A DNA stretch of 64,000 nucleotides from Candidatus Binatia bacterium (GCA_963664395.2 OY761159.2:2432001-2496000); one strand, 5' to 3'; shown: positions 18,604 to 29,724, numbered from the stretch's first letter. Numbers and translations: made by a program. Notes: generated by a model from the sequence alone, not told the origin.

Positions 18604-20781
18604 TTACACACCTGCTTCCACTTTGTGCAGACGAACGGCACACACCTTGAACTCGGGGATTTTGGAGATCGGATCAAGCGCGCGGCTCGTCACCCGATTG
18701 GCGGCTTTCTCGCCTGGCCAGTGATAGGGAATAAAGATCGTGTCAGGCCGAATCGTGCGCACGACCAGAGCCGGCAGGGTGAGGGACGAACGCCGACTTT
18801 CGACACACACCATATCACCGCTCTGAATGTCATACTGTTCGGCCAGCCTGGGATGCAGCTCGATCTGTGGGCCTGGATATTGATCGACCAAGGGGCCGAT
18901 CCGCCGGGTTTGGGTGCCGCTTAAATACTGTGAAACGACCCGACCGCTGGTCATAATAATGGGATAGGCCGCATCGACGTCCTCAGCCGGTGGACGGTAC
19001 GTCACTGGATGGAACTTGGCTTTGCCGTCAGGGTGGAAAAAAATACCCTCTTCAAACAGGCGCGGCGTGCCCGGATGTTCCCGGCTCGGACACGGCCAGA
19101 AGATGCCGTTGTTCTGTTCGATTTTGGCGTAGTTCAGGCCGGCATAATCAACCGGCCCGCCAGCCGAGACCCGACACAATTCACGGAATAGATCTTCAGA
19201 CTCGGCATACGGAAAGAGCAGCTCTTTGCCGAGTCGATGGGCGATATCGACAATAATCTCCCAATCGACTTTGGCATTCCCCGGCGGTGGAACGGCTCGA
19301 CGAATGCGAATGACGCGGCCTTCACCGTTTGTGACTGTGCCCTCGTCTTCTTCCTGCAGCGAACCGGCCAGCACGACGTCGGCATGGTGGGCCGTTTCGG
19401 ACATAAAGGGGTCAATGACGGTAAAGAATTCGAGTTTTTCGAGCGCAGTGCGCGTCAGATTCGTATCCGGGAGTGAGACCAGCGGATTGAACGATAACGA
19501 CAGCAGGCCCTTGATCTGACCTGTGTTGACCGCATCCATGAGCTCGACGGCAGTCAGCCCGATATGCGGAATATCAGACTCGTTGACCTTCCATTCCCTG
19601 GCGATTTCTTCCCGGTGCTGCGGATTCTCAATATCGCGCCCACCCGGTAACTGATTGCAGCGCTGGCCGTGCTCACGTCCGCCCTGCCCGTTGCCCTGGC
19701 CGGTAATCGTTCCGTAGCCACAGCCCACTTTGCCGATCCTCCCGGTCGCCAGGACCAGGTTGATACAGCTCAGGACGTTCTCTACCCCCTTGGTGTGATG
19801 TTCGATCCCGCGGGCGTGCAGCAGCATCGAGCTCTCGGCCTCGGCCCACATTTCGGCCGCACGCATGATACCGGCTGCCGGAACACCTGCGATCTCGGCA
19901 GTCAGCTGCGGGGTATATTCGGCCACTGCTTCCTGTACGGATTCAAAGCCATTGGTGTGGGCGTTAATAAAATCGTGGTCTATCCAGTCGTGTTCAATAA
20001 GAACATGCAGGATGCCGTTCATGAGCGCACTGTCGCGCCCGGGCCGCACGGGCAGGAATAAATCCGCGGTGCGGGCAGTCGGCGTCATGCGGGGATCGAT
20101 GGCAATGAATTTGGCGCCATTATCACGCGCGCGCCACAGATAATCAGTCAGGATGGGAAAGCATTCACCGATATTGCTGCCAGTGACCAGGACGAGCTTC
20201 GTCAGCGGGATATCCGACCAGGGATTTGCGGCCCGGTCGATGCCAAATGCCATCTTGTTGGCCGCCCCAGCCGAAACCATGCATAAACGACCGTTGTAAT
20301 CGATGTTGGCCGTTTGGAGGGCGACCCGCGCGAATTTGCCCATGAGATAGGCTTTTTCATTGGTCACCGAAGCCCCGGACAAAATCGCAAAAGCATCCTT
20401 GCCATATGTGTCTTGAATGCGCTGGATGTTTTCGACCACCAGAGACAAGGCTTCATCCCAGTCTGCCTCCCGAAAGCCACTGTCTGTCCGAATGAGGGGA
20501 TGCAGCAGGCGATCCGGGTGGTTGTTCTGGAGATAGCGTTTGACCCCTTTGGGACACAGCTTGCCCTGATTCACCGGAAAGTCTTCCCAGGGCTCAAAGC
20601 CAACCACTTTGTCGTTGTGGACTTTGAGCTGAATGCCACACTGGACGCCGCAGAAACAGCAGTGTGTTTTGACGAGTCGGGCGGGCTCATGCTCCGCTAG
20701 CCAGCCACCGGGCGGTTCATAATTGAGATGCGGGCCGTATTGATGAATCAGTTCCTGTTCGGATAACGGGGGGATCGCCAT
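18604..20781 (-). CDS. Molybdopterin oxidoreductase, NasA/NarB-type nitrate reductase catalytic subunit
   Basis: HCCFCGVQC...CPKG (4Fe-4S), [13 protein letters not shown] (Mo-ligand Cys), [21 protein letters not shown]; no signal peptide; context nirBD/narK. Confidence 0.82.
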   Translation of the reverse strand: MAIPPLSEQELIHQYGPHLNYEPPGGWLAEHEPARLVKTHCCFCGVQCGIQLKVHNDKVVGFEPWEDFPVNQGKLCPKGVKRYLQNNHPDRLLHPLIRTDSGFREADWDEALSLVVENIQRIQDTYGKDAFAILSGASVTNEKAYLMGKFARVALQTANIDYNGRLCMVSAGAANKMAFGIDRAANPWSDIPLTKLVLVTGSNIGECFPILTDYLWRARDNGAKFIAIDPRMTPTARTADLFLPVRPGRDSALMNGILHVLIEHDWIDHDFINAHTNGFESVQEAVAEYTPQLTAEIAGVPAAGIMRAAEMWAEAESSMLLHARGIEHHTKGVENVLSCINLVLATGRIGKVGCGYGTITGQGNGQGGREHGQRCNQLPGGRDIENPQHREEIAREWKVNESDIPHIGLTAVELMDAVNTGQIKGLLSLSFNPLVSLPDTNLTRTALEKLEFFTVIDPFMSETAHHADVVLAGSLQEEDEGTVTNGEGRVIRIRRAVPPPGNAKVDWEIIVDIAHRLGKELLFPYAESEDLFRELCRVSAGGPVDYAGLNYAKIEQNNGIFWPCPSREHPGTPRLFEEGIFFHPDGKAKFHPVTYRPPAEDVDAAYPIIMTSGRVVSQYLSGTQTRRIGPLVDQYPGPQIELHPRLAEQYDIQSGDMVCVESRRSSLTLPALVVRTIRPDTIFIPYHWPGEKAANRVTSRALDPISKIPEFKVCAVRLHKVEAGV

Positions 20782-20804
20782 AATGGAAAACTCTTCTTAC
20801 GCAC

Positions 20805-21975
20805 CTACCGGCGTTCCTCTTTTCCCCTCTCGGGAGGGGTGCTGCGGAGCAGCGGGGTGGGTTCCGGGCGCATGGACAGGACCGGGGAACCCACCCCGGC
20901 CCTACGGGCCACCCCTCCCAAGAGGGGAACTATCTGCGTGTCTGCAAACGGGTCGTCTGTGTACGGCATGGTCAGGCCTTGATTCCGGGCCAGCAGACGC
21001 CGCCGACAGGGGGGACACACGTCTTGATAGTGCAACTGACCAAATTGGTAATTGAAATCCAGCTCGCCCAACACGTCTTTCAGATCATCAATCTATCTGG
21101 GAGGCGTACGGCTCGTTACACACGTAGCAGCTTGCCTGCTGGCCAGCCTGGGCCTCACGTTTATAAAATGCTACCCCGAGCTGAGCCGGACGCTGGAAGA
21201 TGTGAAAAAATTTACCAAAAGGCAGATACAGCAGCATGGCGATGACCGCGGCGGCGTGTGTAATCGCAATAAAAGTGAAGCCGTGCCCGCCCAACCAGCG
21301 CGCGCTGACCGTCAGACCCAGCCCGGTGACCGCCACCACGAACAGCAGCAGAACAGGCAGCACGTCATTGCCGAACTGCTGGAGTGAAATCGTCCCCGGC
21401 TCAGTCAGCCGGCGTTGTATGGCCAGACCCACTCCGACCAAAACCAGCACGGCAGAGATATTCAGCGCATTAAAAGACAAAAACGCAGGGATGGAGTCAA
21501 CAGAAAATTCCTGTATTTTTACCCCTAAAACAATGACCTGATAGGTATTGAGATCGTCCGCCGGCGTTTCAAAATGGAGCCAGCCGAAGACGAGCGGAAA
21601 CGTCACCGCAAAGGCGGGAGTCCCGCCCCACGACATACACACGTGCATCAGCCAGCGCACCCGACTCCGGTTGGCGATGAAGCGCTGGGTCGCAAAATTA
21701 TCAAAGAGCTGCTGGCCCAACATGACCGAGTTGCGCAGCACCCCGCCCTGCCAAAAGAGTCGCCAGCCTTGGTACCAATAGCGCTTGGTTGGTGGGCGTT
21801 GCAGCCAGACGGTGTAGCGATAGGCCACCGCGGCGGCACAAAAAATGGACGCTATGGCATACGGCAGCAGCACCCAATCGAAATGGCGCAGGTTGTCTGA
21901 GCTGAGGATAATCAGGCCGGCCACGAAAGCCCCGGTCAGGGTCGCGATGATACCTGCTGTCGGCTCAAGCGTCAG
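20805..21975 (-). pseudogene. NarI/DsrM-like polytopic membrane protein with C-terminal Cys motifs, frameshift near 21095
   Basis: TM helices with His (WLMH, AITH, PFGKFFHIF); CYVC in one frame, HYQDVCPPC in another; possible CTG start overlapping the nirD stop. Confidence 0.7.
20822..20929. repeat. 108-bp palindromic MITE/REP-like element in the 3' tail of the NarI-like gene
   Basis: TTCCCCTCTCGGGAGGGGTG...CACCCCTCCCAAGAGGGGAA and CGGGGTGGGTTCC...GGAACCCACCCCG arms; a half copy lies at 63054-63091. Confidence 0.75.
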
Positions 21976-22382
21976 TTTCGTTCTCCCGTCATCGCTGTGG
22001 GGGCTGTCAGCGTAATGACAATCCGTCCGTTTGCCTCGCGCACAGGATAGGTCTGCACAACGCTCTCCTCGCCCAGACACTGACCCGTCGCCAGGTCAAT
22101 CTTCCACATGTGCAGCGGACAGATCACCTTCCCGGAACCAAGCAGCCCATCGGCCAGTGGGCCGGCCTTGTGCGGACAGGCATTATCCGTGGCGAAAAGA
22201 CGCCCGTCCCGTTGACGGAACACGGCAATTGTTTCCCCTTCAAGCCTATACGCGCGCCCCTCACCAAGCGGGATAAAGCCGATTGGACCAAGATCAATGT
22301 CCGCCGCCGGATGCGCCAAGGGCCGGGAATCCCCGATAGGTCCGATGTGTGGCACGGGTTGCGTAACAGGGCTCTGGTTCAT
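21972..22382 (-). CDS. nirD: Nitrite reductase small subunit (Rieske-type)
   Basis: IPLGEGR, NACPHKAGPLADG, CPLH; follows nirB. Confidence 0.8.
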   Translation of the reverse strand: MNQSPVTQPVPHIGPIGDSRPLAHPAADIDLGPIGFIPLGEGRAYRLEGETIAVFRQRDGRLFATDNACPHKAGPLADGLLGSGKVICPLHMWKIDLATGQCLGEESVVQTYPVREANGRIVITLTAPTAMTGERN

Positions 22383-24889
22383 TGGACACCTTCCTCTCTC
22401 CGAGTCGGGGCCTCAACCGGCAGAGGAGCGGCAAACTGGCTGACGTTCTCGGGCTGGACTGCCTCTGTAGACCAGGGGTCTCGATACGCCGCAACAGCCT
22501 TATTGATCTCGGCATCCAAGCGCTCGCAGATGCCTTCCGTATCGTCGATGAGCACCGCTCGCAGATGTTCAATACCGACGCGTTCGGCAAACCCATAGGT
22601 ACGTTCCAGGTATTTGGCATTCTCCCGGTAGTACTGGATGAAGCGGCCCATATAGGTGAGGACCTGCTCATGTCCTTCGACCGTACACAGCAGATCGCCT
22701 TTGCGGACCGTCCCGCCGGCCGCCCCGCCGATGTAGATTTCCCACTTGTCGTCCCCGATGGCCACCGCGCCCAAATCCTTGACGTAGGCTTCGGAGCAGT
22801 TGCGCGGACAGCCGGCGGTTGCCAACTTCATTTTGTGGGGTGACTCGACGCCTTGATAACGTCGCTCGATTTTCTGAGCCAGGGCAATCGAGTCGCCCAA
22901 GCCATAGCGGCAGAAGTCGGTGCCCACGCAGCTTTTGCAGGTCCGAAACGCTTTGGTATAGGCATGGCCGCTCGGAATGCCGAGTTCTTTCCACACCTTG
23001 GGCAGATTGTCTTTTGTGATGCCCAACAGGTCGATGCGTTGACCACCCGTAATTTTGACCATCCGCACGTTGTACTGTTCCGCCACCTCGGCAATGCGTT
23101 TCAGTTCGGCCGGAGAGGTGACACCCCCATAAATACGGGGGACCACGCTGAAGGTGCCGTCGTGCTGAATATTGGCATGGACACGGTCATTGATATACCG
23201 GGCGTCGCGTTCGTCTTCGTATTCGTCCGACCAGAGAGATTTGAGCAAAGAGGCCAGCCCGATCTTGCTGCCGGGGTCTTCTTTACCGTCGGCCAATGCG
23301 CGAAAGACCGCGCTGACGCTTTTCAGTTGTTTGGCTTTGATTGCAGCGATGAGTTCCGGTTTCGGCAGTGGAACGCCGGGGACATAATAATGCTCACTCG
23401 GGTCCTCTACGATCTCGTCCGCATATGCCTCTAAAAGCTGGGCGACCAAGGGTTTACAACTCCCGCAGCCGGCCCCCGCTTTCGTCTTGGTCCCGACCTG
23501 CATGACGGACGTACAGCCCCCGGTTTCAATCGCGGTGCGGATACAGCCTTTGGACACGCCATTACAGTTGCAAATCTGGGCTGCGTCCGGCAAATCGGCC
23601 GCGGCCAGCAGGGGCGCACCATTCGCCGGGCCAAAAAGGAGATCGGCCCGGCGTTCCGGCAGCGCGGTGTCCAGGCTGAACATCTGCATCAGCGTGCTGG
23701 CGGTATCGGCTTCGCCGAGGAGAATCGCGCCGTGCAGTTTGTTTTCGCGAATAATCAGTTTTTTGTACACGCCGCGCGACGGCTCCCGGTAGACGACAAC
23801 CTCGTCGTCAGGCTCGGCTTTTTTGGTCTCGCCCATCGAGGCGAGTTCCACACCCATGACTTTGAGTTTGGTCGCCAGTTTGGAGCCTTCATACGCAGCA
23901 GCCGGGTTGGTTTCGGTTATGACGTCGGCTAACGTCCGGGCCTGGTCCCAGATTGGATCAACCAGCCCATAGATGACCCCGCGATGCTGGACACACTCAC
24001 CCACCGCAAACACGTCCGGATCGCTCGTGCGCATCTGGTCGTCACACACAATCCCACGCTCGACCGCTAAACCGGAGTCGGTCGCAATTTCGACAATGGG
24101 ACGAATACCAGTGCTGACGACAACCATGTCTGTTTCGAGAGTAGAGCCGTCTTTGAATCGGAGCCCGGTGACGTGCTCCTCGCCAAGAATATGGGTGGTG
24201 ATTTTTTCGAGCAGGACGCTAATGCCCATCTGCCTTAAGGTCGTTTTCAACAAGTCGCCGGATTCCGGGTCGAGCTGGGCACTCATGGGCTGCGGCATGG
24301 CTTCGAGAACAGTGACCTCGACCCCATGGGTCAGGAGGCCACGCGCTGCCTCAAGACCAAGCAAGCCCCCACCGATGACCGCGGCGCGCCGACACCGTTT
24401 GGCATAGGCAGCAATCTGCTCGCAGTCATCAATAGTTCGAAAGAGAAACGTGCCGGCTTTGCCCATACCATCCATGGGTGGCACGAACGGACGGGAGCCC
24501 GTGGCGATAATGACTGTGTCGTAGGGCTCTTCGATACATGCTGCCGCTTGAGCGCAGCCATTGAGCCCATAGGCCGGGGCGTCCGTTCGCATGGGCTGGC
24601 CGATAACGACGCGCCGCTCACGGTCGATCAGGGTCGCTTTGACGCCGGCATGGAGCTGGATATTGTTCTCTGCATACCAGGCTAACGGATTGAGAAAGGT
24701 GTCCTGCATGGGCTGCGAGCCGTTCAGCACGTTGGACAGCAGGATGCGGTTGTAGTTGCCGTAGGGCTCGGCGCCGAACATGGCAATGGCAAAGCGGTCA
24801 GGGTCGCGAGCCAGGATTTCTTCAACAACGCGCGCACCCGCCATGCCGTTGCCAATCACCACAAGTCGCTCTTTTTGCGTACCGGCCAT
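22379..24889 (-). CDS. nirB: NAD(P)H nitrite reductase large subunit
   Basis: VIGNGMAG, YNRILLS, GGGLLGLEAA, CNCNGVSK..GCGSC, NDRVHANIQ, CVGTDFC, GCPRNC; GAGGAGG RBS. Confidence 0.93.
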   Translation of the reverse strand: MAGTQKERLVVIGNGMAGARVVEEILARDPDRFAIAMFGAEPYGNYNRILLSNVLNGSQPMQDTFLNPLAWYAENNIQLHAGVKATLIDRERRVVIGQPMRTDAPAYGLNGCAQAAACIEEPYDTVIIATGSRPFVPPMDGMGKAGTFLFRTIDDCEQIAAYAKRCRRAAVIGGGLLGLEAARGLLTHGVEVTVLEAMPQPMSAQLDPESGDLLKTTLRQMGISVLLEKITTHILGEEHVTGLRFKDGSTLETDMVVVSTGIRPIVEIATDSGLAVERGIVCDDQMRTSDPDVFAVGECVQHRGVIYGLVDPIWDQARTLADVITETNPAAAYEGSKLATKLKVMGVELASMGETKKAEPDDEVVVYREPSRGVYKKLIIRENKLHGAILLGEADTASTLMQMFSLDTALPERRADLLFGPANGAPLLAAADLPDAAQICNCNGVSKGCIRTAIETGGCTSVMQVGTKTKAGAGCGSCKPLVAQLLEAYADEIVEDPSEHYYVPGVPLPKPELIAAIKAKQLKSVSAVFRALADGKEDPGSKIGLASLLKSLWSDEYEDERDARYINDRVHANIQHDGTFSVVPRIYGGVTSPAELKRIAEVAEQYNVRMVKITGGQRIDLLGITKDNLPKVWKELGIPSGHAYTKAFRTCKSCVGTDFCRYGLGDSIALAQKIERRYQGVESPHKMKLATAGCPRNCSEAYVKDLGAVAIGDDKWEIYIGGAAGGTVRKGDLLCTVEGHEQVLTYMGRFIQYYRENAKYLERTYGFAERVGIEHLRAVLIDDTEGICERLDAEINKAVAAYRDPWSTEAVQPENVSQFAAPLPVEAPTRREEGVQ

Positions 24890-24943
24890 GTATGCGTCCT
24901 CCTCACAGCCGCCGACGAGAGACAGCCTGATGGGATAAAGATG

Positions 24944-24959
24944 AGCAAGACCGAGGCCA
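24944..24959 (-). promoter_or_regulatory. sigma54 promoter of the nirB operon
   Basis: TGGCCT-CGGTC-TTGCT, ~55 nt upstream of nirB. Confidence 0.75.
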
Positions 24960-25080
24960 AACCCGCAGGAATCAAACAAGAACCAATATAAAAAGGAAAA
25001 AAGACGGGCCGGGACAGGCGTTGACGGGCTCTGGGCAGGTAAGGAGGAGCAAGGTGTGAGGAAACAAAACGATACGGAAG

Positions 25081-25120
25081 TGTTTGTAAAGCAGCAAACT
25101 GTTGGCTGAACAACACGCCT
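25081..25120. promoter_or_regulatory. Tandem TGY-N10-RCA enhancer-like sites
   Basis: TGTTTGTAAAGCAGCA-aac-TGTTGGCTGAACAACA; same architecture as 15689-15723. Confidence 0.6.
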
Positions 25121-25229
25121 TCGGGCACTTGGGTGAGCGCCATCGCCCCCGATTCCCCTGTGCCCTGAGAACGTCAAACAGGGCGAAGGGCTGGTAGGAG
25201 GGTGGTGACCGGTTGGGAGCGCCTCCCCG

Positions 25230-28200
25230 TTACGGCTCCACATCCGTAATGACAAAATTCTGACTGGTCTGCTGCCACTCCAGGGTGACTGTCTCGCCCA
25301 GCGTCGGAAAGTCTGCGACCACACATTCCCCCTCAACCCCCCGCAGAAACTCCACCCCCAGCGTCGTCACCCGCACCGTGGCCCGGCCTAACTCTTCGCC
25401 ATCCACAAACGCCACCACGTCATGCTCCCCGTCCCCCAGCAGATTCCAGTTGAACAACAAGCCAAACCCATTGTCCGTGTCCCCACACGCCCCTAGCGTG
25501 TCCAACCGCTCCGTGCCATACGCGGCCACCTGCCGCCCGGCAGTCCCAATCGCAAGCTCAACCGTGTCGGCGTCACACACCCAGCCCGAGAGCACCCGGA
25601 CCCCACTCTGAAAGGAATTGGGACCCGGATTCTCCAGATACCCCGTCAGGGCGCTCGTCCGGCCCGTGGTGGCACCGGCCGGGCGACTCCCTCTCGCCAT
25701 CACGAAATTCTGGCTATTTTGCTGCCACACCAGCGTCACCGTCTCGCCTGGCATGGGGAAGTCTGCGGCTGCACATTCCCCCTCGGCTCCCCGTAGAAAC
25801 TCCTGCCCCACGGTCGTCACCTGTACCGTGGCCCGGTCTAACTCGATGTTGTCCACATAGGCCACGACTTCATGCTCCCCATCCCCCAACAGGTTCCAGT
25901 TGAACAGCAACCCAAACCCGTTGTCCGTATCCCCACAGGCATCCAACGTATCCAGCCGCTCCGTCCCATACGCCGCCTCCTGCGGCATCCCGTTCAACTC
26001 GAGCTCCACCACCGCCGCCGCACACACCCAGCCCGACAGCACGCCAATGCCACTCTGAAACGCCGCTGCGCCCGGATTCTCCAAGTAGCCCGTCAGTAAG
26101 CGCGCCTCCAGCGTATACGCCCCGGTCTGCCCGTTCTGCCCCTCGACCGTCACCAGCACCGGTCGGGCCGTCACCGGGGTGCGGACCCGGAAGTTCTGCT
26201 GCTCCCCGCCCCCGTCGGCCTGTGCCAACATGGCCCCGTCCTGCCACACCGTGCCCCGAGTCGCGGTCGGCCCCGTGGTCTCGACCGCCAACACCCCGGC
26301 CCGGGGCAGCGGTAACCCAAAATAATCCACATCGTCCGGTGCATGGAGTTGGCCCGGTATGGAGGCGGACCGGGCCGCGCTGAGCACGATGCGGGTGGCC
26401 TGCGCCGGCATCGTGCCGTGGTCGTCGCGGACCTCCCCGCCCCCACCTCCGCCGCCGCCACCCCCGCCGCCAAAAGGCGGTACCCGTGTCGGGGGGTTGT
26501 CGTTGTCCGTGATCGTCAGCGTCGCCGAAGTCACGCCATCGGATAGGTCCGGTGCCGTGCCGCTGACCGTGACCGTCTCGTTCGGCTCGTCGATGGCATC
26601 GTCCACCGGCGTCAGGGTAAACGTCGCCGTGCCGGTCTGATCCCACGCCGCAATCTCCAGCGTGAAGGCCTCCACCGCCGTGAAGTCCGCCGCCGTGGCC
26701 GCCGCCACGCGCACGGTCACTTCGGTGTCCTGCCGGAGCACCCCACTGTTCAACGTCCCCGTCACGGTCACCGTCCTGCCTGCAACCTCTCCCTCGCCGA
26801 CTGCCGACGGATTCACACTCAGCGTCGCGGCTGTAGATGGACTCTCGTCATCCGTGACGGTCACCGCCACGGCGGCGACCGTCACGTCCGTGGTCACTGC
26901 CCTCGACCGTCGTCACGGTGTGGGTCAGCGTGGCCGCCAGATCGTAGCCGTCCGGGTCGTGCTCCGTGCGGATCGTCACGGTCTGGGCCGTCTGCCAGGT
27001 CGTGGGCGTGAACCTCAGCGAGGTCGGCTGCACGCCGACCGCCGTCTCGCTCGACGCCACGGCTATCGTCACGGGCGAGGTCGGCTCGGAGTTCAACTTC
27101 ACCGTGTAACGGCCTGTGTTGCCCTCAATGATCGACAGCTCCCCGCCTGGAATCGGCTGCCCCCCCGCCGCCAGTGTCACCCCCCCCTCGTCGTCCTCGA
27201 TCGTCAGCATCACCGTGACCGGCCCAGCCACGCAAACGTCGTCCGCCGTCCCACTCACCGTCACCGTCTTGGTCTCCGGCCAGTCCACAGCGTTGTCCCT
27301 GGCCGTCAGCGTCACCTCTCCCGTGCTCTCCGTCTTCCCCGCGGTGATCGTCAGCGTCAGGTTCTGACTCAGGGTGACGTCGCCCGCCGGGGCTGCGACC
27401 GTCACCGTCGTCGTCATGCTTGGGGCCGGGGACAGCGTGGCTGTCACCGTACTGCTCTTCGCGCCGCTTTCGCTGATCGAGTCCGGCGTCAGGTTCAGCG
27501 TCAGCACACCTTCCTCGTCGGTCAACCCACGGCTGCGGTCCTGGGAACGGATACATGTGAGTTTCCGCTCCAGACGCTGGGCGACAATGGGATGCTGGTC
27601 ATAGACGTTGTGCTGCTCCGATGGGTCGGACGCGATATCGAACAGTTGGTAGGGCCTTTGAAAGGGACGACCTCTAGGACTTTCCCTGCCCCCGGAACCG
27701 TCCCCGGCGACGAGCTTCCAGTCACCGTCACGGATCGCGAACATCCCGCTGGAGGAATGATGGATCACCGCCGCGCGCGGACGTGTCCACGGATTGCCGT
27801 GTAGGGGCGGTAGGAGGCTGAAACTGTCCTCGGCCTCATTCTCGGACAACTCATGACCAACGATCTCCGCCACCGTTGCAAAGACATCGGTCAGAGAGAT
27901 GACCTCCTCCTGGGTGCTGTCGGGGGTAATCTCCCCAGGCCAGCGTGCGAAGAACGGCACGCGATAGCCCGCCTCCCAGATATCGGCCTTAGTCCCTCGA
28001 TACACGTGATTCGGGGTGTGATTGGCCGACCGATACCCCTGGAGCGTCGAATCATCCGCGTGATCCCTTTCTCCAGGTCCGTACTGGCGCATGAAGGACC
28101 CATTGTCGGAGGTGAAAATCAGCAGTGTGTTGTCGTCGACTTCGGCTTGGTCCAGTGCGCTCATCACGTCGCCCACGGCTGCGTCGACCTGTACGATGAA

Positions 28201-29400
28201 GTCTCCGTACGGGCCCAATTCGGTCTCGTCTTCGAACCGCTGGGCCGGCCAGACCGGCTTGTGCGGGGCCGTCAAGGGCAGGTACAGCAGAAAGGTCTGC
28301 CCGTCCGCCACCTGCTGCCGGATAAAATCCTCGGCCTTCTCGATCAGTTCGTCGAGCACACCGGGAGGATCGAAATTCGACCCCAACTCGCCGGGTCTCA
28401 TGTAACGCGGGAAGCTCAGAGCCGACTGCTGCCCCAGCGGAAATCCTGTGATCCTGCCGTTGTGGATATAGACATATGGAGGGGAGGCGTTAGTCGGGAT
28501 GATGTAGGACTCGTCGAACCCGTGCGTGTGCGGTCCGTCGGTAACCGACTCCTCGAATTCGCCGAAGACATTCTTCGCAAAACCGAGCCCCAGGTGCCAC
28601 TTTCCGATCGCTGCGGTGCGGTACCCTTCGGCCTTGAGCAAGGAGCCGAGCGTTTCGCGACCCGAGGCCAGCAAGGGGCTACTGTCACCGTTCAGGACTC
28701 CTTTCTTTAGTCGTGTCCGCCACGCATAACGGCCGGTCAACAGGCCGTAGCGCGTTGGGGTGCAAACCGCCGCCGGCGTATGCGCGTCCAGAAACGTCAT
28801 ACCTGCTTGCGCCAGAGCATCCAGGTTCGGCGTCGGGATTTGGGACTGCGGATTCAGATGAGCAACATCGCCGTACCCAAGGTCGTCGGCCAGGATGATG
28901 ACGATGTTCGGCACCCCCTCAGCGACGTTCGCCACCGTGACCTCCAGCGCGGCGGTGTCCGTATTGGTGCCATCGCTGACCTCGACGGTCACTGCGTAGA
29001 CGTTGTCCTCATCGTCGTCGGTGGAGGCCTCGTAGTCCGGGGCGGCGGTGAAGGTCAGCCCGCCCGCTGCGGTCAGGCTGAACGCGTCCGCGTCTGCCCC
29101 GCCCCCCGTCGGAATGGACCACGTCAGGGGGTCGTTCTCCGGGTCCGTGGCCGTCAGGGTCGTGACGGCGGTGCTGCCCTCGTCCACGGTGAAGGCCGTC
29201 TCACTGGTGATCTGAGGTGGGGCGGCCCACACGGGCACCGCCCGCGCGAACAGGACGAGCAGCACCACCAGCACGAAGGCGCTCCCATACCCGCCCGCCG
29301 CGTGCGGCCCGCAACCGGGACACGGCTCGCCCCCTACGACGGGCCTGGCATGCGCCTGCCCGCCATTTTTCACTTTGCTGTGTACCCTCTGTCGTTCCAT
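25230..29400 (-). pseudogene. Large surface protein: cadherin-like domain + sulfatase + Calx-beta/Ig-like repeats + poly-Gly + two copies of an unnamed domain; frameshift near 26893
   Basis: LTATDPEND/APDYE (cadherin), ILADDLGYGD, CTPTRYGLLTG (sulfatase), LTIEDDE/VTVTDDE repeats, GYLENPG..FQSG..VLSGWVC twice. Confidence 0.78.
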
Positions 29401-29577
29401 TTGATTGTTGAATGTTTCTCATACGAAATCCCGCCGCTCCTGTCCCCTCCAATTTGGGAGGAAAATGGCGTCACAAAACCTGGATTGCGGAGCCGGCTGG
29501 CCGGGAGAGGACACCCGGCCCCATAGGGGGCGGCTAGAGCGTTTCACGTTAGTCTGTAGCCGTGCCCGTACGCGCTC

Positions 29578-29651
29578 GTCATGCCGGACGTGATCCGGCA
29601 TCCAGAGGCCGGGAGGTCGGGGGCCTGGATTCCTGCTTTCGCAGGAATGAC
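29578..29651. repeat. Pair of GTCAT...TCCA palindromic REP-like elements
   Basis: GTCATGCCGG-ACGTGAT-CCGGCATCCA and TGGATTCCTGC-TTTC-GCAGGAATGAC; the same family occurs at 32796-32867. Confidence 0.7.
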
Positions 29652-29724
29652 GGGCGGCTACACAGCATCGTGATTTGCTCTAGGGGGTGCCGCTCCGATT
29701 GACTATGGGCGCTGCATCATGAGT

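Noticed and set aside
15684-25120. 17-bp inverted repeats read as ends of a 9.4-kb composite transposon
   Set aside because: No transposase or target duplication; both copies sit at enhancer distance from sigma54 promoters, so a regulatory site is the simpler explanation
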